Source: an uncultured Terricaulis sp. | GTDB lineage: Bacteria; Pseudomonadota; Alphaproteobacteria; Caulobacterales; Aquidulcibacteraceae | DNA length: 64,000 nt | Assembly: GCA_964540785.1 (NCBI GenBank) | Contig: CAZIOD010000003.1 | Coordinates: forward strand, 1,928 to 65,927 | Reading direction: 5' to 3' | Shown: positions 19,813-30,118 of the stretch, piece after piece | Position numbering within the stretch: the stretch's first letter is position 1 | How the letters are laid out: every line of letters begins with the position of its first letter | Notes under the pieces: model-generated | The model's input: only the letters and a program-made list of their open reading frames with translations | Told to the model about the DNA's origin: nothing | The model's database searches: none | Made by a program: the position numbers and the translations under genes

Positions 19813-21665
19813 TGACCGCCGAGAAGTCCCTCCTGCGCCTCGTCACTTGCGGCTCTGTCGATGACGGCAAATCCACCCTGATCGGCCGTCTGCTTTACGA
19901 TCTCGGCGCGGTGGCAGTGGACCAGCTGGCGGCCCTTGAAGCAGATTCGAAAGCCGTCGGTACGCGTGGCGAGGAACTTGATTTCGCGCTTCTGGTCGAT
20001 GGTCTGATGGCCGAGCGTGAGCAAGGAATAACCATCGACGTCGCTTACCGCTATTTCGCCACCGAAAAACGCAAGTTCATCGTCGCCGACGCGCCAGGAC
20101 ACATTCAATACACGCGCAACATGGTGACGGCCGCGTCAAACGCGGATCTCGCCATTTTGCTGATCGACGCGCGCAAGGGGGTGCTGACGCAAACGCGCCG
20201 TCACGCCTTCATATGCGGGTTGATGGGGGTCAAGCAGATCGTCCTTGCTGTCACCAAGATGGATTTGGTCGGCTATGCCGAAAACGCTTTCACGAAGATC
20301 GTCAACGACTTTACCGCGCTCGCCGAAGCGCTGGAGATCAAACGCTTCGACGCCCTGCCCGTCTGCGGCGTCAGCGGCGATAACATCGCAACACGCGGCG
20401 CGGCCACACCCTGGTACAAGGGTCCGACATTGATTGACCTGCTGCAAGCCGCCGACGCAAGTCCGGACCGCGCAGATCGGCCATTTCGCATGGCGGTGCA
20501 AAACGTCGTCCGCCCCAACCAGGACTTTCGCGGCTTTGCCGGCCGCATCTCCGCCGGCTCGATCGCGCCAGGCGGCGCGATCCGCGTGCTTCCCTCTGGC
20601 CGCAACGCCAGGATCGCCCGCATCGTCACCGCGGGCGGCGACCTCCCCCGCGCTATTGCGGGACAATCCGTGACGGTGACATTCGATCATGAACTTGACT
20701 GCTCACGCGGCGACGTGGTCGCCGCAAGCGACGCTCCCTGCGAAATCGCCGACCAGTTTCAGGCGACGTTGGTGTGGATGAGCGAGACGCCGCTGTTTCC
20801 CGGCCGACGTTACACGCTGAAGCTCGGCGCGGCGATGGCCAACGCGACGGTCACCGAGCTCAAGCACCGCGTCGATATCGACACGCTGCAGCAGCGGCCG
20901 GCAAAGCAGCTGGTGGCCAACGAGATCGGCCTCGGCAATGTCAGCCTCGACCGGCCGCTGGCGTTCGATTCCTTCACGCAGAACCGGGAGACCGGCGGCT
21001 TTATCCTGATCGACCAGGAAACCAACGAGACAGCGGGTGCCGGACTTATCCGTTTTGCTCTTCGCCGCGGACAGAACCTGCATTGGCAGGCGCTCGAGAT
21101 CGACCGCACCGCGCACGCCGCAATCAAGCGACAGCGCCCGGCGATCCTGTGGTTCACCGGCCTTTCCGGCGCCGGCAAGTCCACGATCGCCAATATCGTG
21201 GAGAAGAAACTCTACGCGCTGGGACGTCACACCGTGTTGCTGGACGGCGACAATGTTCGCCACGGGCTCAACCGCGACCTAGGCTTCACGCAGGCTGACA
21301 GGGTGGAGAATATTCGCCGAGTCGCAGAGGTATCCCGGCTCATGGCCGACGCCGGCCTGATCGTGCTCGTAGCGTTCATCTCCCCTTTCCGCCAAGAACG
21401 CGATATGGCGCGAAGTCTGGCCCAGCCGGGAGAGTTCTTTGAGATTTTCATCGACGTGCCGATCGCGGTTGCAGAGAGACGCGACCCCAAGGGCCTTTAC
21501 AGGAAGGCGCGCGCGGGGGAGTTGAAAAACTTCACTGGCGTCGATTCCCCATATGAGCCGCCGGAAGCGCCTGAACTTCACATCGACGCCGCCGCCATGA
21601 GCCCGGAAGACGCCGCCGATGTCATCGTCGCGCGCATCCTGTCGGCAACTTCGCCCTTGCCGTGA
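19812..21665 (+). CDS. cysNC: Bifunctional sulfate adenylyltransferase subunit 1 / APS kinase (CysNC/NodQ type)
   Basis: GSVDDGKST, EREQGITIDVAY, DAPGH; C-terminal WFTGLSGAGKST, LDGDNVRHGL, RDPKGLY. Confidence 0.95.
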   Translation: MTAEKSLLRLVTCGSVDDGKSTLIGRLLYDLGAVAVDQLAALEADSKAVGTRGEELDFALLVDGLMAEREQGITIDVAYRYFATEKRKFIVADAPGHIQYTRNMVTAASNADLAILLIDARKGVLTQTRRHAFICGLMGVKQIVLAVTKMDLVGYAENAFTKIVNDFTALAEALEIKRFDALPVCGVSGDNIATRGAATPWYKGPTLIDLLQAADASPDRADRPFRMAVQNVVRPNQDFRGFAGRISAGSIAPGGAIRVLPSGRNARIARIVTAGGDLPRAIAGQSVTVTFDHELDCSRGDVVAASDAPCEIADQFQATLVWMSETPLFPGRRYTLKLGAAMANATVTELKHRVDIDTLQQRPAKQLVANEIGLGNVSLDRPLAFDSFTQNRETGGFILIDQETNETAGAGLIRFALRRGQNLHWQALEIDRTAHAAIKRQRPAILWFTGLSGAGKSTIANIVEKKLYALGRHTVLLDGDNVRHGLNRDLGFTQADRVENIRRVAEVSRLMADAGLIVLVAFISPFRQERDMARSLAQPGEFFEIFIDVPIAVAERRDPKGLYRKARAGELKNFTGVDSPYEPPEAPELHIDAAAMSPEDAADVIVARILSATSPLP

Positions 21666-21708
21666 GCGTTCTTTTCGGCGCACGCGGCGCAGTCCACAGT
21701 AGCGCACA

Positions 21709-22758
21709 ATGACCACCCGCATTATCCCCGCGATCATGTCCGGCGGCGCCGGCACACGTCTGTGGCCGCTCTCCACCGAAGCGCATCCCAAACAGTTTCA
21801 CGCACTTGCCGGACCAGATTCCCTTTACTTGCGCACCGTACGGCGCGTCAGCGGCGACGTGGGCGGGCTTTCGTTCGCCGGCCCTATCGTTCTCTGTAAC
21901 GCACGCCACACATCGCACGTGCGCGAGCACTTGGGCGGCGTTTCGCCGTGTGCACTCGTCCTAGAGCCTGAACCGCGCAACACGGCCGCGGTCGCCGCGA
22001 CGGCCGCCGCCGTCGCAGCTGAGCATGACGCGGACGCGCTCGTCTTGCTGGTCCCGGCCGATCATGTGATTGCCGATACCGCTGGTTTCCACGCCGCCAT
22101 CGCACGCGCGGCGCCGTTCGCACGCGAGCGTATTGTGACGTTCGGCATCACGCCGGACCGGCCTGCGGTCGGATACGGCTACATCAAGCGCGGCGCACCG
22201 CTCGGTGAAGGCGTGTTCGCCATCGACTCTTTCCGCGAGAAGCCCGATAGGCCTACCGCGCAACGCTACCTGGATGCAGGCGGCTATTCCTGGAACGCGG
22301 GCATTTTCCTGTTTCATGCGCACATGCTGCTCAAGGAGTTCGAGGCCAGCGCCGAGGTCCGCGACGTAGCGCTCGAGGCGCTGCGAAAGGCGCAGCGCAG
22401 CGGCGCAGAAATTCGGCCCGACCCGCAGCTTTTTGCGACGATCCCCTCGGTTCCTTTCGACATCGCCGTGATGGAGAAGACATCGCGCGCAGCCGTCACG
22501 CCTTGCGCCATCGGCTGGGCCGACATCGGTTCCTGGGATGAAGTCTGGCGGCTCGCGCCTCGCAACGCCGACGGCTACGCCATCCTTGGCCCGGCGGCGG
22601 CTCCCGATGTTGGAAAAATGCGCGCCAGCGGCGTCAAGGCGGCAGCTATCGACGGCGACGATCTTCTCGTCGTCGCGGCGCCTAACGGCCTTCTCATCGT
22701 TCCACGGGCGACCGCTAACGACGCGAACGCGCTTCGTGCGTTAGCCGACACGCTCTGA
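21709..22758 (+). CDS. manC: Mannose-1-phosphate guanylyltransferase (no cupin PMI domain)
   Basis: GGAGTRLWPLS, PKQF, EPEPRNTA, GYGYI, FREKP, WNAGIF, DIAVMEK, WADIGSW. Confidence 0.9.
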   Translation: MTTRIIPAIMSGGAGTRLWPLSTEAHPKQFHALAGPDSLYLRTVRRVSGDVGGLSFAGPIVLCNARHTSHVREHLGGVSPCALVLEPEPRNTAAVAATAAAVAAEHDADALVLLVPADHVIADTAGFHAAIARAAPFARERIVTFGITPDRPAVGYGYIKRGAPLGEGVFAIDSFREKPDRPTAQRYLDAGGYSWNAGIFLFHAHMLLKEFEASAEVRDVALEALRKAQRSGAEIRPDPQLFATIPSVPFDIAVMEKTSRAAVTPCAIGWADIGSWDEVWRLAPRNADGYAILGPAAAPDVGKMRASGVKAAAIDGDDLLVVAAPNGLLIVPRATANDANALRALADTL

Positions 22759-22782
22759 AGGAAGAGAGCGGCGCGCGCTCGG

Positions 22783-24774
22783 TCAGAGCAAGTCTTTCGC
22801 TGTTTCGAAGATCGCTTCAGGCGTGATGCCGAAATGGGCATACGCATCCTTGGCCGGCGCCGATGTTCCGAAGGTCGACATGCCGATGAACGCATCAAGT
22901 CCGAATGCCTCGAACCACCCCTGGCCGATCGCAGCTTCGCACCCAAGCTTCAGTTCTTCGTCATCGCCGCAGACGGCGTCTTGATAGGCATCGTCCTGCT
23001 GCTCGAACAGCTCGAAGCAGGGAGCGGAGATCACCCGCGTCGGGATGCCCTCGGCTTGCAGCAATTCGCGCGCCTTAACGGCGAGCGCGACTTCTGTCCC
23101 GGTCGCGAAGATCGCCACACGCGAGACGCCGCCCTCGGCTGGCGACAATTCGTACGCGCCGCGGAGCGAGAGATTTTCACTAGCGTCGGTGCGCAGCGCG
23201 GGCGTGGCTTGCCGGGACAGTGCAAGCAGGCTCGGCCCATCATCGCGCAATAGCGCCGCTTGCCAGCATTCGGCGGCTTCCACTGCATCTGCAGGACGAA
23301 AGACATGCAGGTTGGGGATGGCGCGCAGCGCCGGCAGATGTTCGACCGGCTGATGCGTCGGCCCATCTTCGCCGAGGCCGATTGAATCGTGTGTCATCAC
23401 GTGGATGACGCGGATGCGGCTGAGCGCAGCCAGGCGGATCGCGGGGCGAGAATAATCAGAGAAGCACAGGAAGGTGCCGCCGTAAGGGATGATTCCGCCA
23501 TGCAAGGCCATGCCGTTCATGGCCGCGGCCATGCCGTGCTCGCGAATGCCGTAGCGCACATAGCGGCCGAGCCTGTTCTCGGGCGTGAAATCCGCCGCGC
23601 CTTTGGCCTGCGTGTTGTTGGAGCCGGTGAGATCGGCCGAGCCGCCCAGCAATTCGGGGCAGGCTTCATAGATCGCGTCGATCGCCTTGCCAGACGCCGC
23701 GCGCGTCGCCAGCGCCGGCCGCTCTTGCGCCATCGCCCTCGCATGCATCCCCAGTTGCGCAATCGCCGCATCGATGTTGCCGCCACCCATCGCGGCCGCA
23801 AACTCATCGCGCTTCGGCGAGCGCTTGAGGCGCGAGGCCCACTCTTCGCGCGCGCCGGCGCCGCGTGCGCCGATCTTGCGCCAGGCCTTCAGAATATTGT
23901 CCGGGATCTCGAAGGGCCCGTATTCCCAGCTGAGCTTGGCTTTTGCAGCCGCGAGTTCTTCCGCGCCTAACGCTTCGCCATGCGCCTTGGCCGTACCCGA
24001 CTTCTTCGGTGCGCCATAGCCAATGATCGTCCTGCAGGCGATAAACACCGGCAGATTGGATTGTGTCGCCGCCTGAAACGCACCCGCGACGTCTTCCATA
24101 TCGTGGCCGTCGCACTCAAGCACGTTCCAGCCGCTTGCCGCAAAGCGCGCTTTTTGGTCGGTTGTATCCGATAGTGAAACTGCTCCGTCGATCGAAATGG
24201 AATTGTCGTCCCAGATGACGATCAGCTTGTTGAGCTTTTGACGCCCCGCCAGCGTCAGCGCTTCCTGACTGATCCCTTCCATCAGGCAGCCGTCGCCGGC
24301 TATCACCCAGGTGCGATGGTTCACCAGCTCATCGCCAAAGCGCGCGTTGAGGTGCGCTTCGGCCATCGCCATGCCGACCGCGTTCGCCAGCCCCTGCCCG
24401 AGCGGGCCCGTAGTCGTCTCGATACCCGCGGCAAGGAAATTCTCCGGGTGTCCCGCCGTTTTTGAGCACAGCTGGCGGAAGCGCTTGATCTCCTCCAGCG
24501 TCATGTCGGCATAACCGGTGAGATACAGTAACGCGTAGAGCAGCATCGAGCCGTGCCCGGCGCTCAGTACGAAGCGGTCGCGGTCCGCCCAGCGCGGCTC
24601 GCTCGCGTCGAACTTCAGAAACCGTGAGAACAAGACCGTCGCAGCGTCCGCCATGCCCATTGGCATGCCCGGATGGCCGGACTTCGCCGCCTCCACCGCG
24701 TCCATGGCCAGGGCGCGGATGGCGTTGGCCATGTCTCTGGCTGGAACACCCTCGATTTTGTAGCCGTTGCTCAT
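22783..24774 (-). CDS. tkt: Transketolase
   Basis: [53 protein letters not shown]. Confidence 0.97.
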   Translation of the reverse strand: MSNGYKIEGVPARDMANAIRALAMDAVEAAKSGHPGMPMGMADAATVLFSRFLKFDASEPRWADRDRFVLSAGHGSMLLYALLYLTGYADMTLEEIKRFRQLCSKTAGHPENFLAAGIETTTGPLGQGLANAVGMAMAEAHLNARFGDELVNHRTWVIAGDGCLMEGISQEALTLAGRQKLNKLIVIWDDNSISIDGAVSLSDTTDQKARFAASGWNVLECDGHDMEDVAGAFQAATQSNLPVFIACRTIIGYGAPKKSGTAKAHGEALGAEELAAAKAKLSWEYGPFEIPDNILKAWRKIGARGAGAREEWASRLKRSPKRDEFAAAMGGGNIDAAIAQLGMHARAMAQERPALATRAASGKAIDAIYEACPELLGGSADLTGSNNTQAKGAADFTPENRLGRYVRYGIREHGMAAAMNGMALHGGIIPYGGTFLCFSDYSRPAIRLAALSRIRVIHVMTHDSIGLGEDGPTHQPVEHLPALRAIPNLHVFRPADAVEAAECWQAALLRDDGPSLLALSRQATPALRTDASENLSLRGAYELSPAEGGVSRVAIFATGTEVALAVKARELLQAEGIPTRVISAPCFELFEQQDDAYQDAVCGDDEELKLGCEAAIGQGWFEAFGLDAFIGMSTFGTSAPAKDAYAHFGITPEAIFETAKDLL

Positions 24775-24896
24775 GCTCGATCCTTGTCCGAGCCTTTCCT
24801 GCGCCGATTCGCAGATTCGCCCGGCGCTTTGCTCAAAATGCGCCCTGGGAGTATCAGCGCATGAGCGCGCCGGCCATGCGGCGAGGGAGTCATGTG

Positions 24897-25550
24897 ATGC
24901 AGATTTTCATCGACAGCGCCGACGTGAAGGAACTCAAGGCTCTGTCCCAAACCGGTCTTGTCGACGGCGTAACCACCAACCCATCGCTCGTTGCGAAAGC
25001 GGGCGGCGACTTTTTCGAGACGCTCCGGGAGATTTGCGCCGCCGTGCCTGGCCCTGTGAGCGCCGAGGTGGTTGCACAGGATGCCGAGACGATGCTCGCC
25101 GAGGGCCGCAAGCTACGCGGTGTAGCCAAGAACATTGTGGTCAAAGTGCCGCTGACGCCCGATGGACTGCGCGCCTGCAAGACCCTCGAGGACGAGGGAC
25201 ATCCCTGCAACGTGACCCTCTGCTTCTCCGCCCCGCAAGCCCTGCTCGCGGCCAAGGCCGGCGCCACATTCATCTCGCCGTTCATCGGACGCCTCGATGA
25301 CAATGGCCAGGACGGTATGGGCCTGATCCGCGAAATCCGTGCGATCTACGACAATTACGACTTCCAGACGCAGATATTGGCGGCCTCGATTCGCAACGGC
25401 GCGCACGTTCGCGACGCGGCAATAGCGGGCGCCGATTGCGCCACCATTCCGCCTGCTGTGTTCAAAGCCCTTTACAAACACGTCCTGACGGACGCGGGGC
25501 TGGAAGCGTTCTTGAAAGACTGGAAAGCGACCGGTCAGTCGATCCTGTAG
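24897..25550 (+). CDS. tal: Short transaldolase (MipB/TalC family)
   Basis: [33 protein letters not shown]. The Glu in SAEV and Phe in SPF favour transaldolase over FSA. Confidence 0.9.
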   Translation: MQIFIDSADVKELKALSQTGLVDGVTTNPSLVAKAGGDFFETLREICAAVPGPVSAEVVAQDAETMLAEGRKLRGVAKNIVVKVPLTPDGLRACKTLEDEGHPCNVTLCFSAPQALLAAKAGATFISPFIGRLDDNGQDGMGLIREIRAIYDNYDFQTQILAASIRNGAHVRDAAIAGADCATIPPAVFKALYKHVLTDAGLEAFLKDWKATGQSIL

Positions 25551-25567
25551 TGCGAACTGAGGTTGCT

Positions 25568-25855
25568 CTAGCGCGGCGTCAGGCGGCGCAGGCGGGCGAT
25601 GTCATCGTCCGTCGTCGCGCGCATGGCGTCCATCGTCCGGTCCGCCTGAGCCAACTGGGCTTCGATGGCCGCCACGTCCAGGGGCTCGATCACCGGCTGC
25701 GACCGTTGCACCTCCGCGGCGAACGCGTCGCGGATCAAGGGGCCGCTTTGCACGGCGACCGGCGCGACGAGGCCCAGAAGCACCATGGCGCCCGCGCCAG
25801 CTACGAAGCTGGCCACGACTGTGCGCGTGGTGGCTTTGGCGGTGGACGACGTCAT
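25568..25855 (-). CDS. Hypothetical membrane-anchored protein (95 aa)
   Basis: MTSSTAK...; TM VVASFVAGAGAMVLLGLVAP; helical C-terminus similar to the product of 15903-16535. Confidence 0.65.
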   Translation of the reverse strand: MTSSTAKATTRTVVASFVAGAGAMVLLGLVAPVAVQSGPLIRDAFAAEVQRSQPVIEPLDVAAIEAQLAQADRTMDAMRATTDDDIARLRRLTPR

Positions 25856-26126
25856 TTGTGGAGAACTCCCGGACCGGCGCGGTCGCTTAACAAAAGGTTT
25901 CCTGTGTTGCAATTGCGAACTTATGGCGCCGACGAGAGATCGTCTGTGACGATAGTCACCCTGCTGGACACCCGGGCCGCTTATTCCCGCGACCTTGCGC
26001 AGATCGTAGCGCACAAAGCTGAATTCAAGCCGAATCAAAGGGTCGTTACGGTTGCGGTTGCGTTAGAGTTCGGCTCTACACAAACGCCCTCGCGCCCTCT
26101 GCTGCGGCGCGGCAAATGGACCCACA

Positions 26127-27020
26127 ATGACTAGCGCTTCGCCCCTCTCCCGACCGCTAAGGAAAGCGGTGCTCCCTGTTGCAGGTTTCGGCACCAGGGT
26201 ACTACCAGCCACCAAGTCGATCCCAAAGGAGATGCTGCCGGTGTTTGATCGGCCCGCCATCCAATACGTGGTGGATGAAGCCTTAGCCGCCGGCATCGAA
26301 CACATCGTCTTCGTCACCGGGCGCAACAAAGGCGCGATCGAAGACTATTTCGATCACGCCTATGAACTGGAATTAACCCTTCGCGACAAGAACAAGACCG
26401 CCCAGCTCGATGAAGTGAAAATGTCCATCCGGCCGGCGGGCACGATGAGTTTCGTGCGTCAGCAGGCCGCTTTGGGTCTGGGGCACGCCGTCTGGTGCGC
26501 GCGCGACATCGTCGGCGATGAACCGTTCGCCGTGATGCTGCCCGACATGCTGATGATGGCCAAGCCCGCGTGCCTGGCGCAGATGGTCGAGCACTATAAC
26601 CGTGTGGGCGGCAATATCATCGCCGTCGAGCCCACCGACTCCCCGGAGCGCTACGGCATCGTCGCGCCGGAAAGCCGGGAGGGCCGGCTCGTCAAGATGA
26701 AGGGCATGGTTGAGAAGCCTAAGCGCGAAGAAGCCCCCTCCAACCTCTTCATCAGCGGCCGCTATATTCTGCAGCCTCAGATCTTTGAATTGCTGGCGTC
26801 GCAAAGCCCAGGCGCCGGCAACGAAATCCAGCTGACCGATGCGATGGCGCGGTTGATGGAAAGCCAGCCTTTCCACGCGCTTGAATATGAGGGCGTGTCC
26901 TACGATTGTGGGGACAAAATCGGCTACTTGCGCGCCACCGCTGCGTATGCGCTCGCCAACGCGGAACATGGCGCAGAAGCGGCCAAAACGCTGCGCAGCC
27001 TGCTCGCCGACAAGGTTTGA
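26127..27020 (+). CDS. galU: UTP--glucose-1-phosphate uridylyltransferase
   Basis: KAVLPVAGFGTRVLPATKSIPKEMLP, LGLGHAV, VEKP, EIQLTDA, YDCG. Confidence 0.96.
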   Translation: MTSASPLSRPLRKAVLPVAGFGTRVLPATKSIPKEMLPVFDRPAIQYVVDEALAAGIEHIVFVTGRNKGAIEDYFDHAYELELTLRDKNKTAQLDEVKMSIRPAGTMSFVRQQAALGLGHAVWCARDIVGDEPFAVMLPDMLMMAKPACLAQMVEHYNRVGGNIIAVEPTDSPERYGIVAPESREGRLVKMKGMVEKPKREEAPSNLFISGRYILQPQIFELLASQSPGAGNEIQLTDAMARLMESQPFHALEYEGVSYDCGDKIGYLRATAAYALANAEHGAEAAKTLRSLLADKV

Positions 27021-27047
27021 CCCCCGCCGCAGCTTGCGTAGAGGCCG

Positions 27048-27731
27048 ATGCAGATCATTGTGTTCGAAACGCGCGACCAGCTCATGCAGGCCACAGCCGA
27101 ACGGATCGCTGACGCGCTGCAATACGCGATCGGCGCCCGCGGCGCCGCCTGCGTTGCGTTGTCCGGCGGATCAACGCCAGCCCCCGCGTACGCCGCGCTT
27201 GCGGCGCTGCCGCTCGACTGGGAGAAGATAACGCTGGCCTTGGTGGACGAACGCTTCGTACCGCCAACGCATAACGCGTCGAACGAGGGGCTCATTCGAC
27301 GTACTTTCGCACCAGCGCTCGCAGCAGGTGCGACAATTAGGCCGATGTTCGCGTACGCTCCCAGCGTCGCAGCTGCCGCCGACATCGCGAATGCTGACTA
27401 CGCTCCGCTCGACATCGATATCGCTTTGATGGGCATGGGCGCGGACGGGCACACCGCGTCCTGGTTTGACGGCGCCCAGGAACTGGACGAGGCGCTCGAC
27501 CTTGCGAACCCGCGCGCGGTCATCGCCCTGCGGGCGGCGCAAGCCGATGGCGCACCCGAGCGGCTAACCCTGACGCGAGCCGCGCTCGCCCGGGCCGACC
27601 GCCTGATTTTGCTGCTCACGGGCCAAGAAAAGCGCGCTCGGCTGGCCTCGGTCGTCGGCGGCGACTGGGCCCCGGTCGCAGCTCTGTTCGAGCCGCCCAT
27701 GCCGGCGCCCGAAATCCTCTGGGCCGCCTGA
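27048..27731 (+). CDS. pgl: 6-phosphogluconolactonase
   Basis: ALSGGSTP, VDERFVP, SN, MGMGADGHTAS, RLTLT. Confidence 0.92.
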   Translation: MQIIVFETRDQLMQATAERIADALQYAIGARGAACVALSGGSTPAPAYAALAALPLDWEKITLALVDERFVPPTHNASNEGLIRRTFAPALAAGATIRPMFAYAPSVAAAADIANADYAPLDIDIALMGMGADGHTASWFDGAQELDEALDLANPRAVIALRAAQADGAPERLTLTRAALARADRLILLLTGQEKRARLASVVGGDWAPVAALFEPPMPAPEILWAA

Positions 27732-27764
27732 CACAGTTCCCACGTGCGCGACCCAGATTGCTAA

Positions 27765-27778
27765 TGACACCGGTGTCG
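27765..27778. promoter_or_regulatory. LacI-type operator TGACACCGGTGTCG
   Basis: Perfect 12-bp palindrome GACACCGGTGTC (27766-27777), ~50 nt upstream of the FAH/TRAP operon, between candidate promoter boxes TTGCTA and TATAAG. Confidence 0.75.
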
Positions 27779-27825
27779 TATAAGCCTCTACTCAAAACCA
27801 GGCGGCAAGGCCGGCGGGAGGACCC

Positions 27826-28635
27826 TTGAGTTTAGCGCGTGAAATCGCCGGCCAGTTCGTGACCACCCGCCAGCAGGCCAAGGCCTTGGAAGGGTTCCCC
27901 GGGGAGCCGCCGGACAGTCTTAGCCTTGGCTATCGAATTCAGGACGAGGCCATTGGCTTGTGGCCGGATGACATCGCCGGCTGGAAAATCGGCCGCGTCC
28001 CGCCCCACCAGGTCGAAGAGCTCGGCGCCGATCGCCTTGCGGGACCGATTTTTCAACGCCTGGTCTGGCGCGTCGAGAACGACGAGGTCCAGTTCCCCGT
28101 GTTCGAGCGCGGTTTCGCCGCGGTCGAAGCGGAGTATGTGCTGCGCATCGCCCACGACGTGCCGCCCGAAGACACGGCCTGGACGCGAGAGGACGCCGCC
28201 GAACTGGTCGCCGCCATGCACATTGGCGTGGAGACCGCGGGCAGTCCACTCGCCGCGATCAACGACCTCGGCGCCACCGTTGTCGTGTCCGACTTCGGCA
28301 ACAATCACGGGCTGATACTGGGTCGCGAAGTGCCAGCATGGCGCGCGAGGCTCGACGAGGGGCTGCGGTGCGAGACGTTCATCGATGACCGGCCTGTCGG
28401 CAGCGGCGAGGTGCGCGCCGGCGCGGACGATCCGCTCGACGCGCTCGTTTTCCTGCTCGAACATCTCGCCCGGCGCGGACGGACGCTGAAGGTCGGTCAC
28501 CTCATCTCCACCGGCGCCGTAACGGGCGTGCACGACATCCGAATTGGGCAACGGGCGCGGGTGAGCTTTGCCGGTAGCGGCGATATCCTCTGTTCGGCAG
28601 TGCGCGCACTGCCGAGCGAAAGAGGCTTTGCATGA
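27826..28635 (+). CDS. 2-keto-4-pentenoate hydratase-like FAH-family protein
   Basis: GYRIQD, GWKIG, AVEAEY, SDFGNNHG, ISTGAVTG. RBS GGGAGGA before the TTG start. Confidence 0.85.
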   Translation: MSLAREIAGQFVTTRQQAKALEGFPGEPPDSLSLGYRIQDEAIGLWPDDIAGWKIGRVPPHQVEELGADRLAGPIFQRLVWRVENDEVQFPVFERGFAAVEAEYVLRIAHDVPPEDTAWTREDAAELVAAMHIGVETAGSPLAAINDLGATVVVSDFGNNHGLILGREVPAWRARLDEGLRCETFIDDRPVGSGEVRAGADDPLDALVFLLEHLARRGRTLKVGHLISTGAVTGVHDIRIGQRARVSFAGSGDILCSAVRALPSERGFA

Positions 28636-29621
28636 TTTCACGGCGGGCGCTCCTGGCCTCCGGCGCAGCGACCGCCGCGGCCGGCGCCGGCGTCGCCGCC
28701 GCGCGCGGTCCCACCGGCAACATTATCACCGCCGTCGACGTCCATCCGACCGATTACCCCACGGTCGAAGCGGTGCGCTGGATGGGCGCGGAGATCGAGC
28801 GCGAGACGCAAGGACGCATCTCCTTTCGCATCTACCCATCCGGACAGCTCGGCAGCGAGAACGACACCGTCAACCTGGCGCGGTTTGGCGTGCTCGACAT
28901 AGCGCGCGTCTATGTTGGGGCGGTCAACAACGCATTCCCCGCGACGCAAGCGCTCGCCCTACCCTACACCTTCCGCGACGAAGCGCATTTAAGGCGGGTG
29001 ATCGACGGCGCCATCGGGCGCGAGATCCTGCGCACATTCGAGCATCGCGGGCTCGTCGGTCTTGCATTCTACGATTCCGGCATGCGCTCGATGTATAACG
29101 CGCGCCGGCCGATCCACACCCCCGCGGACATGCGGGGCCTTAAGGTCCGAGTGCCGCGCTCTGACATCTTCATGGCCGCCCTCGATGCGATGGGCGCAAA
29201 CGCCACGCCGATACCGTTCGGGGAAGTATTCACCGGCCTGCAAACACACCTTATCGACGCGGCGGAGAATAATTGGGCGACTTATCAGTCGACGCGCCAG
29301 TACGAAGTGGCGCGCTACTGGTCGCGCACCGATCATTGCGGCGCGCCTGAAGCGCTGCTGATGTCGAAAGCGCGCTTCGACGCGCTCTCGCCTTCGGATC
29401 GGGATTTGTTTCTGGCCAAGGCGCGGGAATCGATCCCGGTCATGCGCGCGCTTTGGGACGCTAAACAAGCCAGCGCGCGGCAAACCGTGCTCGACGCTGG
29501 GGTCCAGTATAACGAAGCCGACCGTGACGCTTTCCGGCGCGCGGTTGCGCCAATGCGGGAGCGCTGGATCGCGGATGCTGACATCGCGGAAGCTGTGAGG
29601 CGCATCGAAGCGCACGACTAA
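28632..29621 (+). CDS. dctP: TRAP transporter substrate-binding protein
   Basis: Tat-like signal MISRRALL; SGQLGSE, DMRGLKVRV, EVFTGLQT..IDAAENN. Confidence 0.92.
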   Translation: MISRRALLASGAATAAAGAGVAAARGPTGNIITAVDVHPTDYPTVEAVRWMGAEIERETQGRISFRIYPSGQLGSENDTVNLARFGVLDIARVYVGAVNNAFPATQALALPYTFRDEAHLRRVIDGAIGREILRTFEHRGLVGLAFYDSGMRSMYNARRPIHTPADMRGLKVRVPRSDIFMAALDAMGANATPIPFGEVFTGLQTHLIDAAENNWATYQSTRQYEVARYWSRTDHCGAPEALLMSKARFDALSPSDRDLFLAKARESIPVMRALWDAKQASARQTVLDAGVQYNEADRDAFRRAVAPMRERWIADADIAEAVRRIEAHD

Positions 29622-29641
29622 GACGGGGCGGGGGAAATAAC

Positions 29642-30118
29642 GTGACACGCGCTTTCGATGCGCTTGCCCGGACAGCGATCGCAATAGCGGCCCTTAGCCT
29701 GTGCGCGCTCGTGCTGGTGCTCGCTTGGCAGGTATTCGGCCGCTATGCGCTGAACGATTCTCCAGGCTGGACCGAACCGGTCGCGCTTACTCTGATGAGC
29801 GTGTCTGCGCTGTTCGGCGCCGCAGGGGCCGTGCGCAGCGAAACGCACTTCAGCTTTCCAACCCTCGTTGAGAAATCGCCCCCGCCGGTGCGGGCCGCGC
29901 TGAAAATGCTCTCACGGCTCATCTCCCTGGCCTTTGGCGCCGCGCTCGCGTTCTACGGAGGCTTTCTCATGTTTGACAGCTGGGCGGTGCCGATGGCTGG
30001 CGCGCCGCTGCCGGAGGGTGTGTCTTATGTCGGCCTCTGCCTCGGCGGCGGACTGATCGCACTATTCTCCATGGAGCGGCTGTTCTCCGGCGATGATCAC
30101 GCCGCGGAGCAGAGCTGA
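29642..30118 (+). CDS. dctQ: TRAP transporter small permease
   Basis: 4 TM helices; QVFGRYALN..PGWTE, HFSF. Confidence 0.9.
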   Translation: MTRAFDALARTAIAIAALSLCALVLVLAWQVFGRYALNDSPGWTEPVALTLMSVSALFGAAGAVRSETHFSFPTLVEKSPPPVRAALKMLSRLISLAFGAALAFYGGFLMFDSWAVPMAGAPLPEGVSYVGLCLGGGLIALFSMERLFSGDDHAAEQS

